Position numbers and translations under genes: made by a program. DNA of 26,591 nt from IMG/VR virus record IMGVR_UViG_3300025103_000132, positions 1 through 26,591 of that record. The stretch is one strand, 5' to 3'. The stretch's first letter is position 1, and every line of letters starts with the position of its first letter. This DNA comes from a virus. Its lineage: Duplodnaviria > Caudoviricetes. Below the pieces are notes generated by a model. The model saw only the letters and a program-made list of their open reading frames with translations, searched no databases and had not been told where the DNA came from. Below are positions 1 to 8,735 of this stretch, piece by piece.

Positions 1-1698
1 CTTGTAACAATTAATCATAGCTTGTTTTGTTTGATCAGCGGCAGATCCTTGGATCAATCTATTTAAGGCTTTGTAAGTAAAAGCCCTCCTGATGTTATTT
101 CCATAAATTGCCTTAGCCTCCTCATATTGCATAGCCTTGTTCATTCCGAAGGTAGCAGGCTCCCACATGTCAAATCGGCATTTACGGCCCCCTATCGTCC
201 GAATAAACCCATATTTTGAGGCAGAGCTAGATACATCTGTAGCTAATTTTTTAACAAAAGGTACTCTTTCACCATATTGTCTTAACAAAGCTTCAGCTCT
301 ATCTTTTGTAATACCTAATTCTTTACCTAATTTAGCTTTACCCATTCCATAAAATAATCCTAAATTAATTGTTTTGGCCTGAGTTCTTGTAATTCCCGCC
401 ATGTCAGCAACTATTTGATGAAAGTCAGCTGATTCATTTTTATAGGCTTCGATAAACTCCGCTGCACCTTCAAAGTTATCATTGACCGATGCAGCGTAGT
501 GAGCAACAAGCCTAGGCTCCTGTTGTGAGTAGTCGAAACTACCCCATTGCCTACCTTCTTCAGGTAGAAACAAGCTTCTAATTTTGTCACCAAACTCTTT
601 GTTCCTTGCAGGAATTTGTTGTAGGTTTGGATTTGAATATGATAAACGTCCAGATACAGTTCCACCTTGGTCAGATCTTAACTGATTTATCTCAGAGTGA
701 ATTCTGCCTTTGTGAACATACCTTTGAATGGAGTCTATAAATGTTGAATGAAATTTATTTATTTCTCTTGCTTGTCTTATTAGTTGCGCTATTGGGTTAT
801 TACAATTTACTAACCAGTTTTGTGTAAAGCTTGGTTCATCAGTTTTTGCTGTACGTGGGTAGTCAACACCTATTCGGTCAAACACTTGAGCAACAGATCG
901 AGCAGCCCAGATATCTACATCAAGTGTGGTCTGAGATTTTATACTTGATAAAACCTCAGACTCTTTTTGTTTGAATTCTTTTTTTAGCAGAGAAGCCTTC
1001 TCTTCGTCAACTCTTATTCCTCTTCGTCTAGTATCTATCAAAATAGGCAGTAATTCCATCTCCATTTCCCAAACATCGTGTAGAGACTGCTTAGATACCT
1101 CTGTTTTAAGCCGATCCCATAAACGTAAGGTTAGGCCTGCATCTTGCTCAGCATAGAAGCCTACGTAGCCCGCAGGCAGCTTCCACATGTCAGCTTTTGG
1201 GTCAATTCCCCATTCTTTGGCTTTTTCATTTAAAAATGTCTCATTCTTGATTTCACCTAAATAATCTTTAGCACATGCATTTAAACTAAAACTAAATCTG
1301 TTTTCATTGATCAATGCTGCTGCAATCATAGTGTCAACTATCTTACCTCTAATCTCAAATCCATTTACAAGCAACCAACCTACATCATAACTTGCATTGT
1401 GAAATATTTTTGTAGCATTTGTTTTTAAAACATCTTGCATCCATGCGCAGGTTATCGATAGATCCATATTCCCACCAGCATCATGAGCAATAGGGAAATA
1501 CCATTGTTGTCCAAGAGCAGCAACTGCAAAACCTACTATGTGTCCATCAAACGTTGCCCAACCTGGTCCTTTAGTTTTTATGTTTGGATCCTTAGTTTCT
1601 AAGTCAATTGCAATCTCTGTTGCTTTTGATAAATCTGGATACTCTGCTGGAGCTATCCAATCACTATCGTTGTAAATAAAATTTAATTGATGGGTCAT
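1..1698 (-). CDS. polA: Family A DNA polymerase with N-terminal 3'-5' exonuclease domain (C-terminus beyond window edge)
   Basis: Hand translation from ATG at 1698 (AGGA upstream): MTHQLNFIYNDSDWIAPAEYPDLSKATEIAIDLETKDP (ExoI DLET), motif A FDYSQQEPRL, motif B RTQAKTINLGLFYGMG, then YKALNRLIQGSAADQTK. All these segments are in one frame that reaches base 1. Absent from the ORF track, presumably because its stop lies outside the window. Confidence 0.96.
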   Translation of the reverse strand, partial: MTHQLNFIYNDSDWIAPAEYPDLSKATEIAIDLETKDPNIKTKGPGWATFDGHIVGFAVAALGQQWYFPIAHDAGGNMDLSITCAWMQDVLKTNATKIFHNASYDVGWLLVNGFEIRGKIVDTMIAAALINENRFSFSLNACAKDYLGEIKNETFLNEKAKEWGIDPKADMWKLPAGYVGFYAEQDAGLTLRLWDRLKTEVSKQSLHDVWEMEMELLPILIDTRRRGIRVDEEKASLLKKEFKQKESEVLSSIKSQTTLDVDIWAARSVAQVFDRIGVDYPRTAKTDEPSFTQNWLVNCNNPIAQLIRQAREINKFHSTFIDSIQRYVHKGRIHSEINQLRSDQGGTVSGRLSYSNPNLQQIPARNKEFGDKIRSLFLPEEGRQWGSFDYSQQEPRLVAHYAASVNDNFEGAAEFIEAYKNESADFHQIVADMAGITRTQAKTINLGLFYGMGKAKLGKELGITKDRAEALLRQYGERVPFVKKLATDVSSSASKYGFIRTIGGRKCRFDMWEPATFGMNKAMQYEEAKAIYGNNIRRAFTYKALNRLIQGSAADQTKQAMINCYK

Positions 1699-1868
1699 TG
1701 TATTTTCCTACTTAGGTTTGCATCTTCAATAGATATTGCTTTTTTAAAAGGTACGGCTAAATCAAACAAAGCACAGTCTGCACAGTAATAACTGTATTCA
1801 TGTACAATTACAGCCACTACTTCATCACAGTGTTCACACATTACTAGTTTATTTCTTCTTTTTGGCAT
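1695..1868 (-). CDS. Small Cys4 zinc-finger/zinc-ribbon protein (57 aa; alternative start 1841)
   Basis: MPKRRNKLVMCEHCDEVVAVIVHEYSYYCADCALFDLAVPFKKAISIEDANLSRKIQ*. Two CxxC pairs; fills the gap exactly; stop overlaps the polA start as ATGA. Confidence 0.8.
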   Translation of the reverse strand: MPKRRNKLVMCEHCDEVVAVIVHEYSYYCADCALFDLAVPFKKAISIEDANLSRKIQ

Positions 1869-2100
1869 CTTTTAAATGTTCTATTTCTAAATCACAATAA
1901 TGTTTAATTTTTTCTAAATCTTCTATTTGTTTTCCTTTGAATAAATACCTACAAACATATTTTATTACATTTGCTTGAAATGGATTTAAACCATTCTTTC
2001 TTATAAATGTCCAAGGTTGAATTTCAAAATGTTGGTAGTGGGATCCTCCGATTTGTCTGTCTTGCGGAAATGCTTCATCGAACATACTTTTATCTGACAT
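1849..2100 (-). CDS. DUF3310 family protein (T7 gp1.7-like putative nucleotide kinase)
   Basis: QIGGSHY...IQP...F..ANVIKYVCRY..K...EDLEK..HY signature. GAGG 6 nt upstream of the ATG at 2100 favours this start over 2112. Confidence 0.85.
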   Translation of the reverse strand: MSDKSMFDEAFPQDRQIGGSHYQHFEIQPWTFIRKNGLNPFQANVIKYVCRYLFKGKQIEDLEKIKHYCDLEIEHLKDAKKKK

Positions 2101-3703
2101 AGTTAGCCTCATATTGTTTATAATACTTTCCTAATGGAAAATTATATTGATGGTAAGTGCCTAACAAATGTAATGTGCTTTTAGATCTAGTGGCACCTGT
2201 ATACCAAACCCTAAGCTCTTTTACTTTTTCTGCTAAATTCTTTTTTTCGTAATGAGATGGAAAGTTACATTTGCTGGCCAGGACAACATTATCTGCTTCA
2301 CCACCTTTTACTTGGTGTATAGTATCTATAATTATTTTAGGAGGTTGTGATAAATCTACACCTTCACTCATAAGTTTTTGAAAATATTGTTTATCTTTAT
2401 CTTTAAATTTTCTTTTAAATACTTGATTCCACAGACCTTTTTCATCACGCATACCACACCTTAAATGTAATTCATCAAATGTAAACACTTGATTTGGATG
2501 TGCAAAACTCCATTTTTTACTATCCTGTGACCGGTAGCCGTGGTCAATGTTTAATAAGAACTCATACATTGTTGTGGCTTCCTCTCTAGTAATACTACCA
2601 CCCTCACAAATCTTCTCCCAATAATTAATTGCTGCAAATTGATTAGGGTCAAAAGACTTATTATTTTTTTGATCTTGATAGTACAGGCCAAGGTTTCTTG
2701 CCTCTTGTTGTAATTCTTTTTTCACATCATTAATTCTAGCCAACACCATCCAACTACCTTCCATACCCCAAGGTACTTTCTTTAAACCATTCCACCTATG
2801 TACCGAACCCTCTTTACCATTAGAGTAAAATTCTTTTTTAATACGATTATCACCCATAGAGTTAAGTAAACATTTAGAAAAAAAATGTATATTTTTATTA
2901 AGTCTTACACTTTTTTTAAGCACTAATGATTTACCTGGAAATGTTTGAAACAAATTAACATCCGCACCATTCCATTCATATATTGCTTGGTCATCGTCTC
3001 CTGCAATATAAACTCTCTCTACTGCTTGAGCTATCTTAACAACCATGTCCCACTGCAAAGGTGTGAGATCTTGAGCTTCATCTACCATTAAAACTTTAAA
3101 AGGTACTACTAAACCATCATTAACAAATTTTTCTACCATATCAGTAAAATCTAATCTGTCCGGTGTTCGTTGTCCTGTCTCCATCTCCATTGTTTTAAAT
3201 TGTTGATACCCTGCAATAATAGATTTAAATTGTTGTAGCCTAACTGTTTTTCTTGTTTGTTGTTTGTACAACCACACAGGATCTACTTTCATGTTTCTTG
3301 CCCTGTCATAAATTTGAAGCGACCAATTATTATATACTTTTTGATCATCCCAAGTATCTTTGTAACCCACCTTGACAGTGCCATATTGTGTATGAAACAT
3401 CAGCAGGTCTGCCTTTGGATCTAATACGGGAATTTCAGCAAACTGTTGTCTGGCCAGAGAATGTAGTGTTCTAAAATATGAAAAAGCATCTTCATCATAA
3501 CCTTTAAACTTTTGTCTGACTCTTGCAACACATTCATTTACAGCTTTGTTAGTAAAGGATACGTAACAAATCTCATCGGGAGAGTAACCTTTTTCTAAAT
3601 AACGTTTTACACGTTTTAGAAGGTTCTCTGTTTTACCTGTACCTGGTGGTCCAAATATTTTAATTGTCTTCCCACGCAGCTTTTGCTTTATTAAATTTGA
3701 CAT
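2090..3703 (-). CDS. UvrD/Rep-like superfamily 1 DNA helicase
   Basis: Walker A GPPGTGKT, SFTNKA, RTLHSLA, DFTDM, VDEAQDL, AGDDDQAIYEWNGA, TIHQVKGGEAD, YTGATR. Confidence 0.93.
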   Translation of the reverse strand: MSNLIKQKLRGKTIKIFGPPGTGKTENLLKRVKRYLEKGYSPDEICYVSFTNKAVNECVARVRQKFKGYDEDAFSYFRTLHSLARQQFAEIPVLDPKADLLMFHTQYGTVKVGYKDTWDDQKVYNNWSLQIYDRARNMKVDPVWLYKQQTRKTVRLQQFKSIIAGYQQFKTMEMETGQRTPDRLDFTDMVEKFVNDGLVVPFKVLMVDEAQDLTPLQWDMVVKIAQAVERVYIAGDDDQAIYEWNGADVNLFQTFPGKSLVLKKSVRLNKNIHFFSKCLLNSMGDNRIKKEFYSNGKEGSVHRWNGLKKVPWGMEGSWMVLARINDVKKELQQEARNLGLYYQDQKNNKSFDPNQFAAINYWEKICEGGSITREEATTMYEFLLNIDHGYRSQDSKKWSFAHPNQVFTFDELHLRCGMRDEKGLWNQVFKRKFKDKDKQYFQKLMSEGVDLSQPPKIIIDTIHQVKGGEADNVVLASKCNFPSHYEKKNLAEKVKELRVWYTGATRSKSTLHLLGTYHQYNFPLGKYYKQYEANYVR

Positions 3704-5231
3704 CTTTATTTTTATGCTCTGTTTGTTGTGGTAGTGCTACAACCCAATGCCTACTACTAATGTTTTGAAACTTCTTCTTAGGCAAAGCTTTTCCCTGCTC
3801 AAGAAAACTTGTACATTCTTTTTCATTCCAATTATACCCTACTTTTTTCATGAATGATTTAAATGTTTCTAACTTAAATCTCATCTCACTTTCGTCTTTC
3901 CAAATGTTACCAGAATCTATCTGATCAAATTCAGTAGTATCTTCAACATCTTCTAAGAACCTAGTCATTCTAGAATTAAATACGTCTTGTCTTTCCTCAC
4001 CAGAATCAAAACCTTCCATGTCTTGTTTATTTTGTATTAACTCATCAAGCCAATCTCTGTAAGGATCTGGATCTCGTTTAGAGGGTTTTAATGGTCTCCA
4101 AACAATATCATAATTTAATAACTGTTCTCCCAACAACTGCTGTTGGTATAATTGTTTTGTAGAAAGTCTTATAGATTTACCTTGTATGGGTAGTATCCAA
4201 TAAGGTTCTGGATAAGAGTTAACTTTAATAAGTTTTCCAACTTCTGGTAAAGCTTCATTTGCTCCAATACCTAATTTTCTTTTTACACATGTGCTAGATA
4301 CACAATGCATTCTTGCAATAGATGTTTTACATTTATAAGTGTACTCTTTGTTTTCAACTCCCTTAAATATATTTTGTAATTCCTTTGGGTGAAGTTTTTC
4401 ACTACAAACCTTAGTCATCATATCTCTTGTCCACTCTTCATACATTACTGGATCTGGATTAATCTTCTTTGCTAAGACAGCCACGTTAAACATAGCATCA
4501 TTACGACCTTCACCTTTTTGTACTTTATTTTTCATAAAGTTAACTACACAAGGAGGATAATCTTTTGTCTCATCATCTTGAAATATTTTTAATTTTTTAA
4601 AAGACTCAGGAGTTAATCTAAATTTAGATACAAATTTATATAGATCTTCTATTTTTATTGACTGACATTGGTCGTCCATAGCGACCCTTGTAGGAAGTTT
4701 TGCGTTTTGGTAAGGTAGGTTTACAAAGTTACCTTTTCTTTTGTCATCCCAATTATCAGGTGTCAAATCAACTTGATCTTGTGCAGGAAATATATCTGTA
4801 GTGGTGTCGTTGATTCCTAAATCTGAAGCGATCTCAATTAATTTTTTTCTCATCGCAGATGCTGCAACAACACCTTTGATAAAAATAATTAAATGGAGTC
4901 CGTTGGATTTTGATCTGAATGGGACGAGTGGGTATTTCCTTTTCCGTATAACCGATATAACGTCCTGATGCTGTATATTATAACGATCAACATCGATGAC
5001 CCCCCAACTGCATGTATTATCATCTCGAATGGGAACTGATCCATAGTAAGCTTCTCCTTTTAAGTGTTGAACCCAATGATCTTTTGTCATCGGTTTAGGT
5101 TCAACCCAATGTTTAAATTCTGATTTGCCCTTAGAGTTTTTATTTCCAGTAGGTGCAGAACATCCAAAATATGTAGAAGAGCCCTGGAAGAGTTCTACAA
5201 ACTCTCCCAGGGTGTTGTCAAGTAGGTCCAT
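3660..5231 (-). CDS. Archaeo-eukaryotic primase (prim-pol) family protein with C-terminal Cys-rich domain
   Basis: AEP motifs WGVIDVD (DxD), RSKSNGLHL and NLPY, followed by PPC, GEGRNDAMF and C-x8-C-x4-C. Located in the replication cluster. Confidence 0.8.
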   Translation of the reverse strand: MDLLDNTLGEFVELFQGSSTYFGCSAPTGNKNSKGKSEFKHWVEPKPMTKDHWVQHLKGEAYYGSVPIRDDNTCSWGVIDVDRYNIQHQDVISVIRKRKYPLVPFRSKSNGLHLIIFIKGVVAASAMRKKLIEIASDLGINDTTTDIFPAQDQVDLTPDNWDDKRKGNFVNLPYQNAKLPTRVAMDDQCQSIKIEDLYKFVSKFRLTPESFKKLKIFQDDETKDYPPCVVNFMKNKVQKGEGRNDAMFNVAVLAKKINPDPVMYEEWTRDMMTKVCSEKLHPKELQNIFKGVENKEYTYKCKTSIARMHCVSSTCVKRKLGIGANEALPEVGKLIKVNSYPEPYWILPIQGKSIRLSTKQLYQQQLLGEQLLNYDIVWRPLKPSKRDPDPYRDWLDELIQNKQDMEGFDSGEERQDVFNSRMTRFLEDVEDTTEFDQIDSGNIWKDESEMRFKLETFKSFMKKVGYNWNEKECTSFLEQGKALPKKKFQNISSRHWVVALPQQTEHKNKDVKFNKAKAAWEDN

Positions 5232-5232
5232 A

Positions 5233-6024
5233 CTAGAATGGAGTTTTTTCTACTTGTTCTTCCTTGCCATGGTTAACTCTGACAGCACCTTTTTTACATG
5301 ATTCGTAAAACTCAAAAGCTGCTTTGATTGTGTCTTCGCTCCCCACTGTACCTGTGTGTTCGATTTCCCAACCGTACCACGAACCTAGATTGTTCTTTTC
5401 TAAAACAGTTTTGATTGTGTATTGTTGAGTAAATGGCGCAGGTCTAAAGAAACCCTTACCATCTTTTCTTTTCTGTCTCAAAGACATCATCATTGAATTC
5501 CATTTTTTGGATTTCTTTCTTTGAGTAGATTTCATAGTAATCATAGCTGTAGAAGATTTGTCCTCTTGCACTATCATAACGTAGTGTGAAGCTGTCTCTT
5601 CTATGTAATTACCATTCTCAAGCCTATCCTTACCATCGTCACCTCTGGTAGTTTTAGTCATGATATCCGAACCAGAAGAATAAACATTTACAGGAGCAAC
5701 AGCACCTTTTTCTCTGTCTCTCCACTCAATGTATTCTAATTTATAATAGCAAGGTATAACTGTTATACCTCCTGCACCATCATAAAGTTCATCTGTTACG
5801 GTGTTATAGATCATTCCAGGTCTTGCTTCAGGGTTAAACTGACTGTCACCTTGAGTTACTTGTGGTGACAACTGTCCCAGAACTTTTAGAAATGGTAATG
5901 CTAAACTCTTTGAATCTACATTATCAAATCCAGCATCAGCAAATTGCTCTAAATCAATATTAGCAACTGCACCAGCCTCTTCTTTAATCGATACTTGGCC
6001 CGATTGTCCGTCTTTTATTTTCAT
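5233..6024 (-). CDS. Putative single-stranded DNA-binding/recombination protein
   Basis: Phage replication-cluster protein (LPFLKVL...SPQV, YIEW, GSWYGW) with an SSB-like C-terminal tail EEQVEKTPF. Function is inferred. Confidence 0.55.
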   Translation of the reverse strand: MKIKDGQSGQVSIKEEAGAVANIDLEQFADAGFDNVDSKSLALPFLKVLGQLSPQVTQGDSQFNPEARPGMIYNTVTDELYDGAGGITVIPCYYKLEYIEWRDREKGAVAPVNVYSSGSDIMTKTTRGDDGKDRLENGNYIEETASHYVMIVQEDKSSTAMITMKSTQRKKSKKWNSMMMSLRQKRKDGKGFFRPAPFTQQYTIKTVLEKNNLGSWYGWEIEHTGTVGSEDTIKAAFEFYESCKKGAVRVNHGKEEQVEKTPF

Positions 6025-6035
6025 ATTATTACCTA

Positions 6036-6575
6036 TTATTTGTTAGTTATTTTCGTTTTATTTGCGATGTACACACCGAACAAATCAAAAGGAAGTTCTT
6101 TACCACCCTCGACTTGCTCTTTAACAAAAGCCTTAAGAGTCATAGGCTCAACTTTTTCTTTTTTATTATAGTTGAATCCATGGTCTTCACAGACTTTTAT
6201 TAATTCAGAGACTTCGTTGTCTTGACCTCTATTGAATGAAGCGGTTACGGTGTTCTTGATTATATCTTCGAACCCCTTACCTCTTAACCAACTGAAGGCT
6301 TCCTCTACACGTGATTCAGGAATTTTTGCTGCATAGAATGGTTTAACTTCTACAGTAGAACCATCACTTAATTTCAACAAAGATACACCTGCTTCCTGCA
6401 TCATCTCTGGAATTATTCTCTCTTCCATATCTCTAGCTTTATGCTTAAGAAGTGAAAGACTTTCTTCATCTTTTTCTATTTGTTTTCGTAACGTATTTAA
6501 AGAATTGCATTTGTCAGAAATAGATTTTACACTATCTTGACTAATGTCAATGTTTGACATTTTCTCAATATCCAT
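6036..6575 (-). CDS. Phage replication-module hypothetical protein (N-terminal coiled coil)
   Basis: 179-aa ORF with a strong SD (GGAGG, 6582-6586); first gene of the leftward replication operon. Confidence 0.8.
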   Translation of the reverse strand: MDIEKMSNIDISQDSVKSISDKCNSLNTLRKQIEKDEESLSLLKHKARDMEERIIPEMMQEAGVSLLKLSDGSTVEVKPFYAAKIPESRVEEAFSWLRGKGFEDIIKNTVTASFNRGQDNEVSELIKVCEDHGFNYNKKEKVEPMTLKAFVKEQVEGGKELPFDLFGVYIANKTKITNK

Positions 6576-6593
6576 ATTTTTCCTCCTGCAGGT

Positions 6594-6638
6594 CTCTTAA
6601 ATTATTCATTTGATCTTTGCAAGAAAAAAATATAAAAA
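6594..6638. promoter_or_regulatory. Candidate overlapping divergent sigma70-type promoters
   Basis: Minus: TTGCAA(6622-6617)-N17-TAAGAG(6599-6594). Plus: TTGATC(6610-6615)-N17-TAAAAA(6633-6638). This is the only divergent intergenic region in the window. Confidence 0.5.
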
Positions 6639-6646
6639 CTTTTAAG

Positions 6647-8074
6647 ATGTCGAAATACCCCTATAAGACCAAGCCGTACGAGCACCAGAGAAATGCTTTG
6701 TCCGAATCAGCAGAAAAAAATTCATGGGCATATTTTATGGAAATGGGTACAGGTAAAACAAAAGTTACTATAGATAATATTGCTTATCTTTATTTACAAA
6801 GAAAAATTAACTCTGTTTTAATTATTGCGCCTAAGTCTGTTTATACAAATTGGCAATCTGAGATAGAAACCCATATGCCAGATGTATTAAAATATAAAAT
6901 ATATAAATGGAATTTAGATAAACCTAAAGATTATTATAAGTTAAGCGAATCACCAGATCTTAAAATATTTTTAATTAACGTAGAAGCTTTATCAACTAGA
7001 AGGGGATTTGAAGCGTGTGTTGATTACCTTAAAAAAAATAAATTAAATTTTGTAGCGTTGGATGAATCAACCACAATAAAAAACCGATCAGCAAAAAGAA
7101 CAAAAAACATTTTAGGATTAGGAAAATTATCCCATATAAAGCGTATACTAACAGGATCCCCAATAACAAAATCTCCATTAGATCTATTTACACAATGTGC
7201 ATTCTTAAGTCCAGAATTATTAGGTTTTAATAGTTATCTTGCCTTTAGAAATAGATATGCTGAGATGACAGATATCCCTGTAGGTTCTGGAAGGTTTGTA
7301 AGTGTACCTAAATATTACAAAAGATTAGAAGAACTAGAAGAAAAAATGAAGAGTTTTGCTACCAGAATACGTAAAGACCAATGTTTAGATCTTAAACCTA
7401 AGGTTAGATCTAAGAGATATATAGAATTAGAAGGTGAGGGTAAAAAAATATATGAAAGACTACGAACTCATGCACTTGCTATTGTAGAAGATAGTACAAT
7501 ATCTTTTTCTAACAAACTTACAGAAATTATTAAACTACACCAGGTATGTAATGGTTTTACCAAAGATGATGATGGAAAAATATTACAACTACATAAATCC
7601 AAACTTTCTGCTCTCGAGGAGACATTAGATGAAACTGATGGTAAAGTTATTATCTGGGCTAATTATTTATATAACATTCATGAAATTAAAAACTTTCTAA
7701 TAGACAAGTATGGCCCAGAATCCACAGTAAGTATTTATGGAGAAGTTAGTGTTGAGGATAGAAAAAATGCTGTTGATCGTATTCAAACAGATGACAAATG
7801 TCGTTTTTTAGTTGGTAATCCTACTACCGGTGGCTTTGGTCTCACTCTCACTGCTTGCAATACTGTTATCTATTTTAGCAACAGTTATAACTTAGAAGTC
7901 CGAATGCAATCAGAAGACCGTGCTCATAGAATGGGCCAAAAAGGTACTGTTGTTTATATTGATATTGTAGCCAGAGGTACATTAGATGAAGCTATCATGA
8001 AGTCTCTTACCAGTAAAGGTAAGCTTGCTGCTAAAACTTTAGGAGAAGAAGATCTTAAGAGTTGGTTGCTATAA
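6647..8074 (+). CDS. SNF2-family (SF2) helicase/translocase
   Basis: PYEHQ, MEMGTGKT, IIAPKS, LDESTTIKN, LTGSP, KLHQVCNGF, GGFGLTLT, QSEDRAHRMGQ. ATG at 6647 preferred over the TTG at 6617. Confidence 0.93.
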   Translation: MSKYPYKTKPYEHQRNALSESAEKNSWAYFMEMGTGKTKVTIDNIAYLYLQRKINSVLIIAPKSVYTNWQSEIETHMPDVLKYKIYKWNLDKPKDYYKLSESPDLKIFLINVEALSTRRGFEACVDYLKKNKLNFVALDESTTIKNRSAKRTKNILGLGKLSHIKRILTGSPITKSPLDLFTQCAFLSPELLGFNSYLAFRNRYAEMTDIPVGSGRFVSVPKYYKRLEELEEKMKSFATRIRKDQCLDLKPKVRSKRYIELEGEGKKIYERLRTHALAIVEDSTISFSNKLTEIIKLHQVCNGFTKDDDGKILQLHKSKLSALEETLDETDGKVIIWANYLYNIHEIKNFLIDKYGPESTVSIYGEVSVEDRKNAVDRIQTDDKCRFLVGNPTTGGFGLTLTACNTVIYFSNSYNLEVRMQSEDRAHRMGQKGTVVYIDIVARGTLDEAIMKSLTSKGKLAAKTLGEEDLKSWLL

Positions 8075-8723
8075 GTTTATTGTATTGTTCAACTCTTTCT
8101 AAAAATTTATCTCCATATTCTTTTAAATCAGATTCGTTTAATTTAAATTCTTGATACATGAGATCTCTAGTGCAAATTGATATTACACCTTGTTCAATTG
8201 GCCCATAATTTTTAGTATGTGCTAAGTAGTAAGCTCCTAGTTGATATTTATAATCTTCAACCCACTCTTCTTTTTTAGGTCTGTTAGATTGTTTCCAGTC
8301 TACGATGCTCGGTTTCCCGTAAGCAACACAAGATAAATCTGCTGTACCTGCAAATTTATTTTCATATTCTAAACTTATTTCATTACCCCATACTTCATCT
8401 ATTTTAATATTATTTAAAATAGTTTTCGCCATCATCCTTGGCTTAGATCCTTCTTCCATAGCATTGTAATAACCTTGACCTGTTAAATGGTATTCTAATA
8501 CCTGGTGCATTTCAGTGCCAATAGTAGATGCTTGTTTCATTATTCTATCAGCTTCTGCGTCTCCTACCTTACGTCTCCAATTATCTAAAAAACGTTTGTC
8601 CTTGGTTGCAGAAAGTATGGTTGTGACACTCGGAACTTTAATATTATCTACTAAGTATTTACGTCCTGTTGTGTCTGAGAATCTATTATAATGTTTGTAA
8701 GGATACTTTTTAAGTAACTTCAT
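8055..8723 (-). CDS. PD-(D/E)XK exonuclease (lambda-exonuclease/Cas4-like fold)
   Basis: PSVTTIL, GTEMHQVLE, E..L......AGTADL, IVDWKQS, QLGAY. Confidence 0.88.
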   Translation of the reverse strand: MKLLKKYPYKHYNRFSDTTGRKYLVDNIKVPSVTTILSATKDKRFLDNWRRKVGDAEADRIMKQASTIGTEMHQVLEYHLTGQGYYNAMEEGSKPRMMAKTILNNIKIDEVWGNEISLEYENKFAGTADLSCVAYGKPSIVDWKQSNRPKKEEWVEDYKYQLGAYYLAHTKNYGPIEQGVISICTRDLMYQEFKLNESDLKEYGDKFLERVEQYNKLIATNS

Positions 8724-8735
8724 ACGTAGTTAATA

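Noticed and set aside
137-1156. ORF-track entries 137..352 (+), 411..665 (-) and 971..1156 (+)
   Set aside because: Antisense or off-frame shadows inside the polA reading frame.
8055-8723. Cas4/CRISPR association of the exonuclease
   Set aside because: No Cas4 four-Cys cluster and no array; a stand-alone phage nuclease is the simpler reading.
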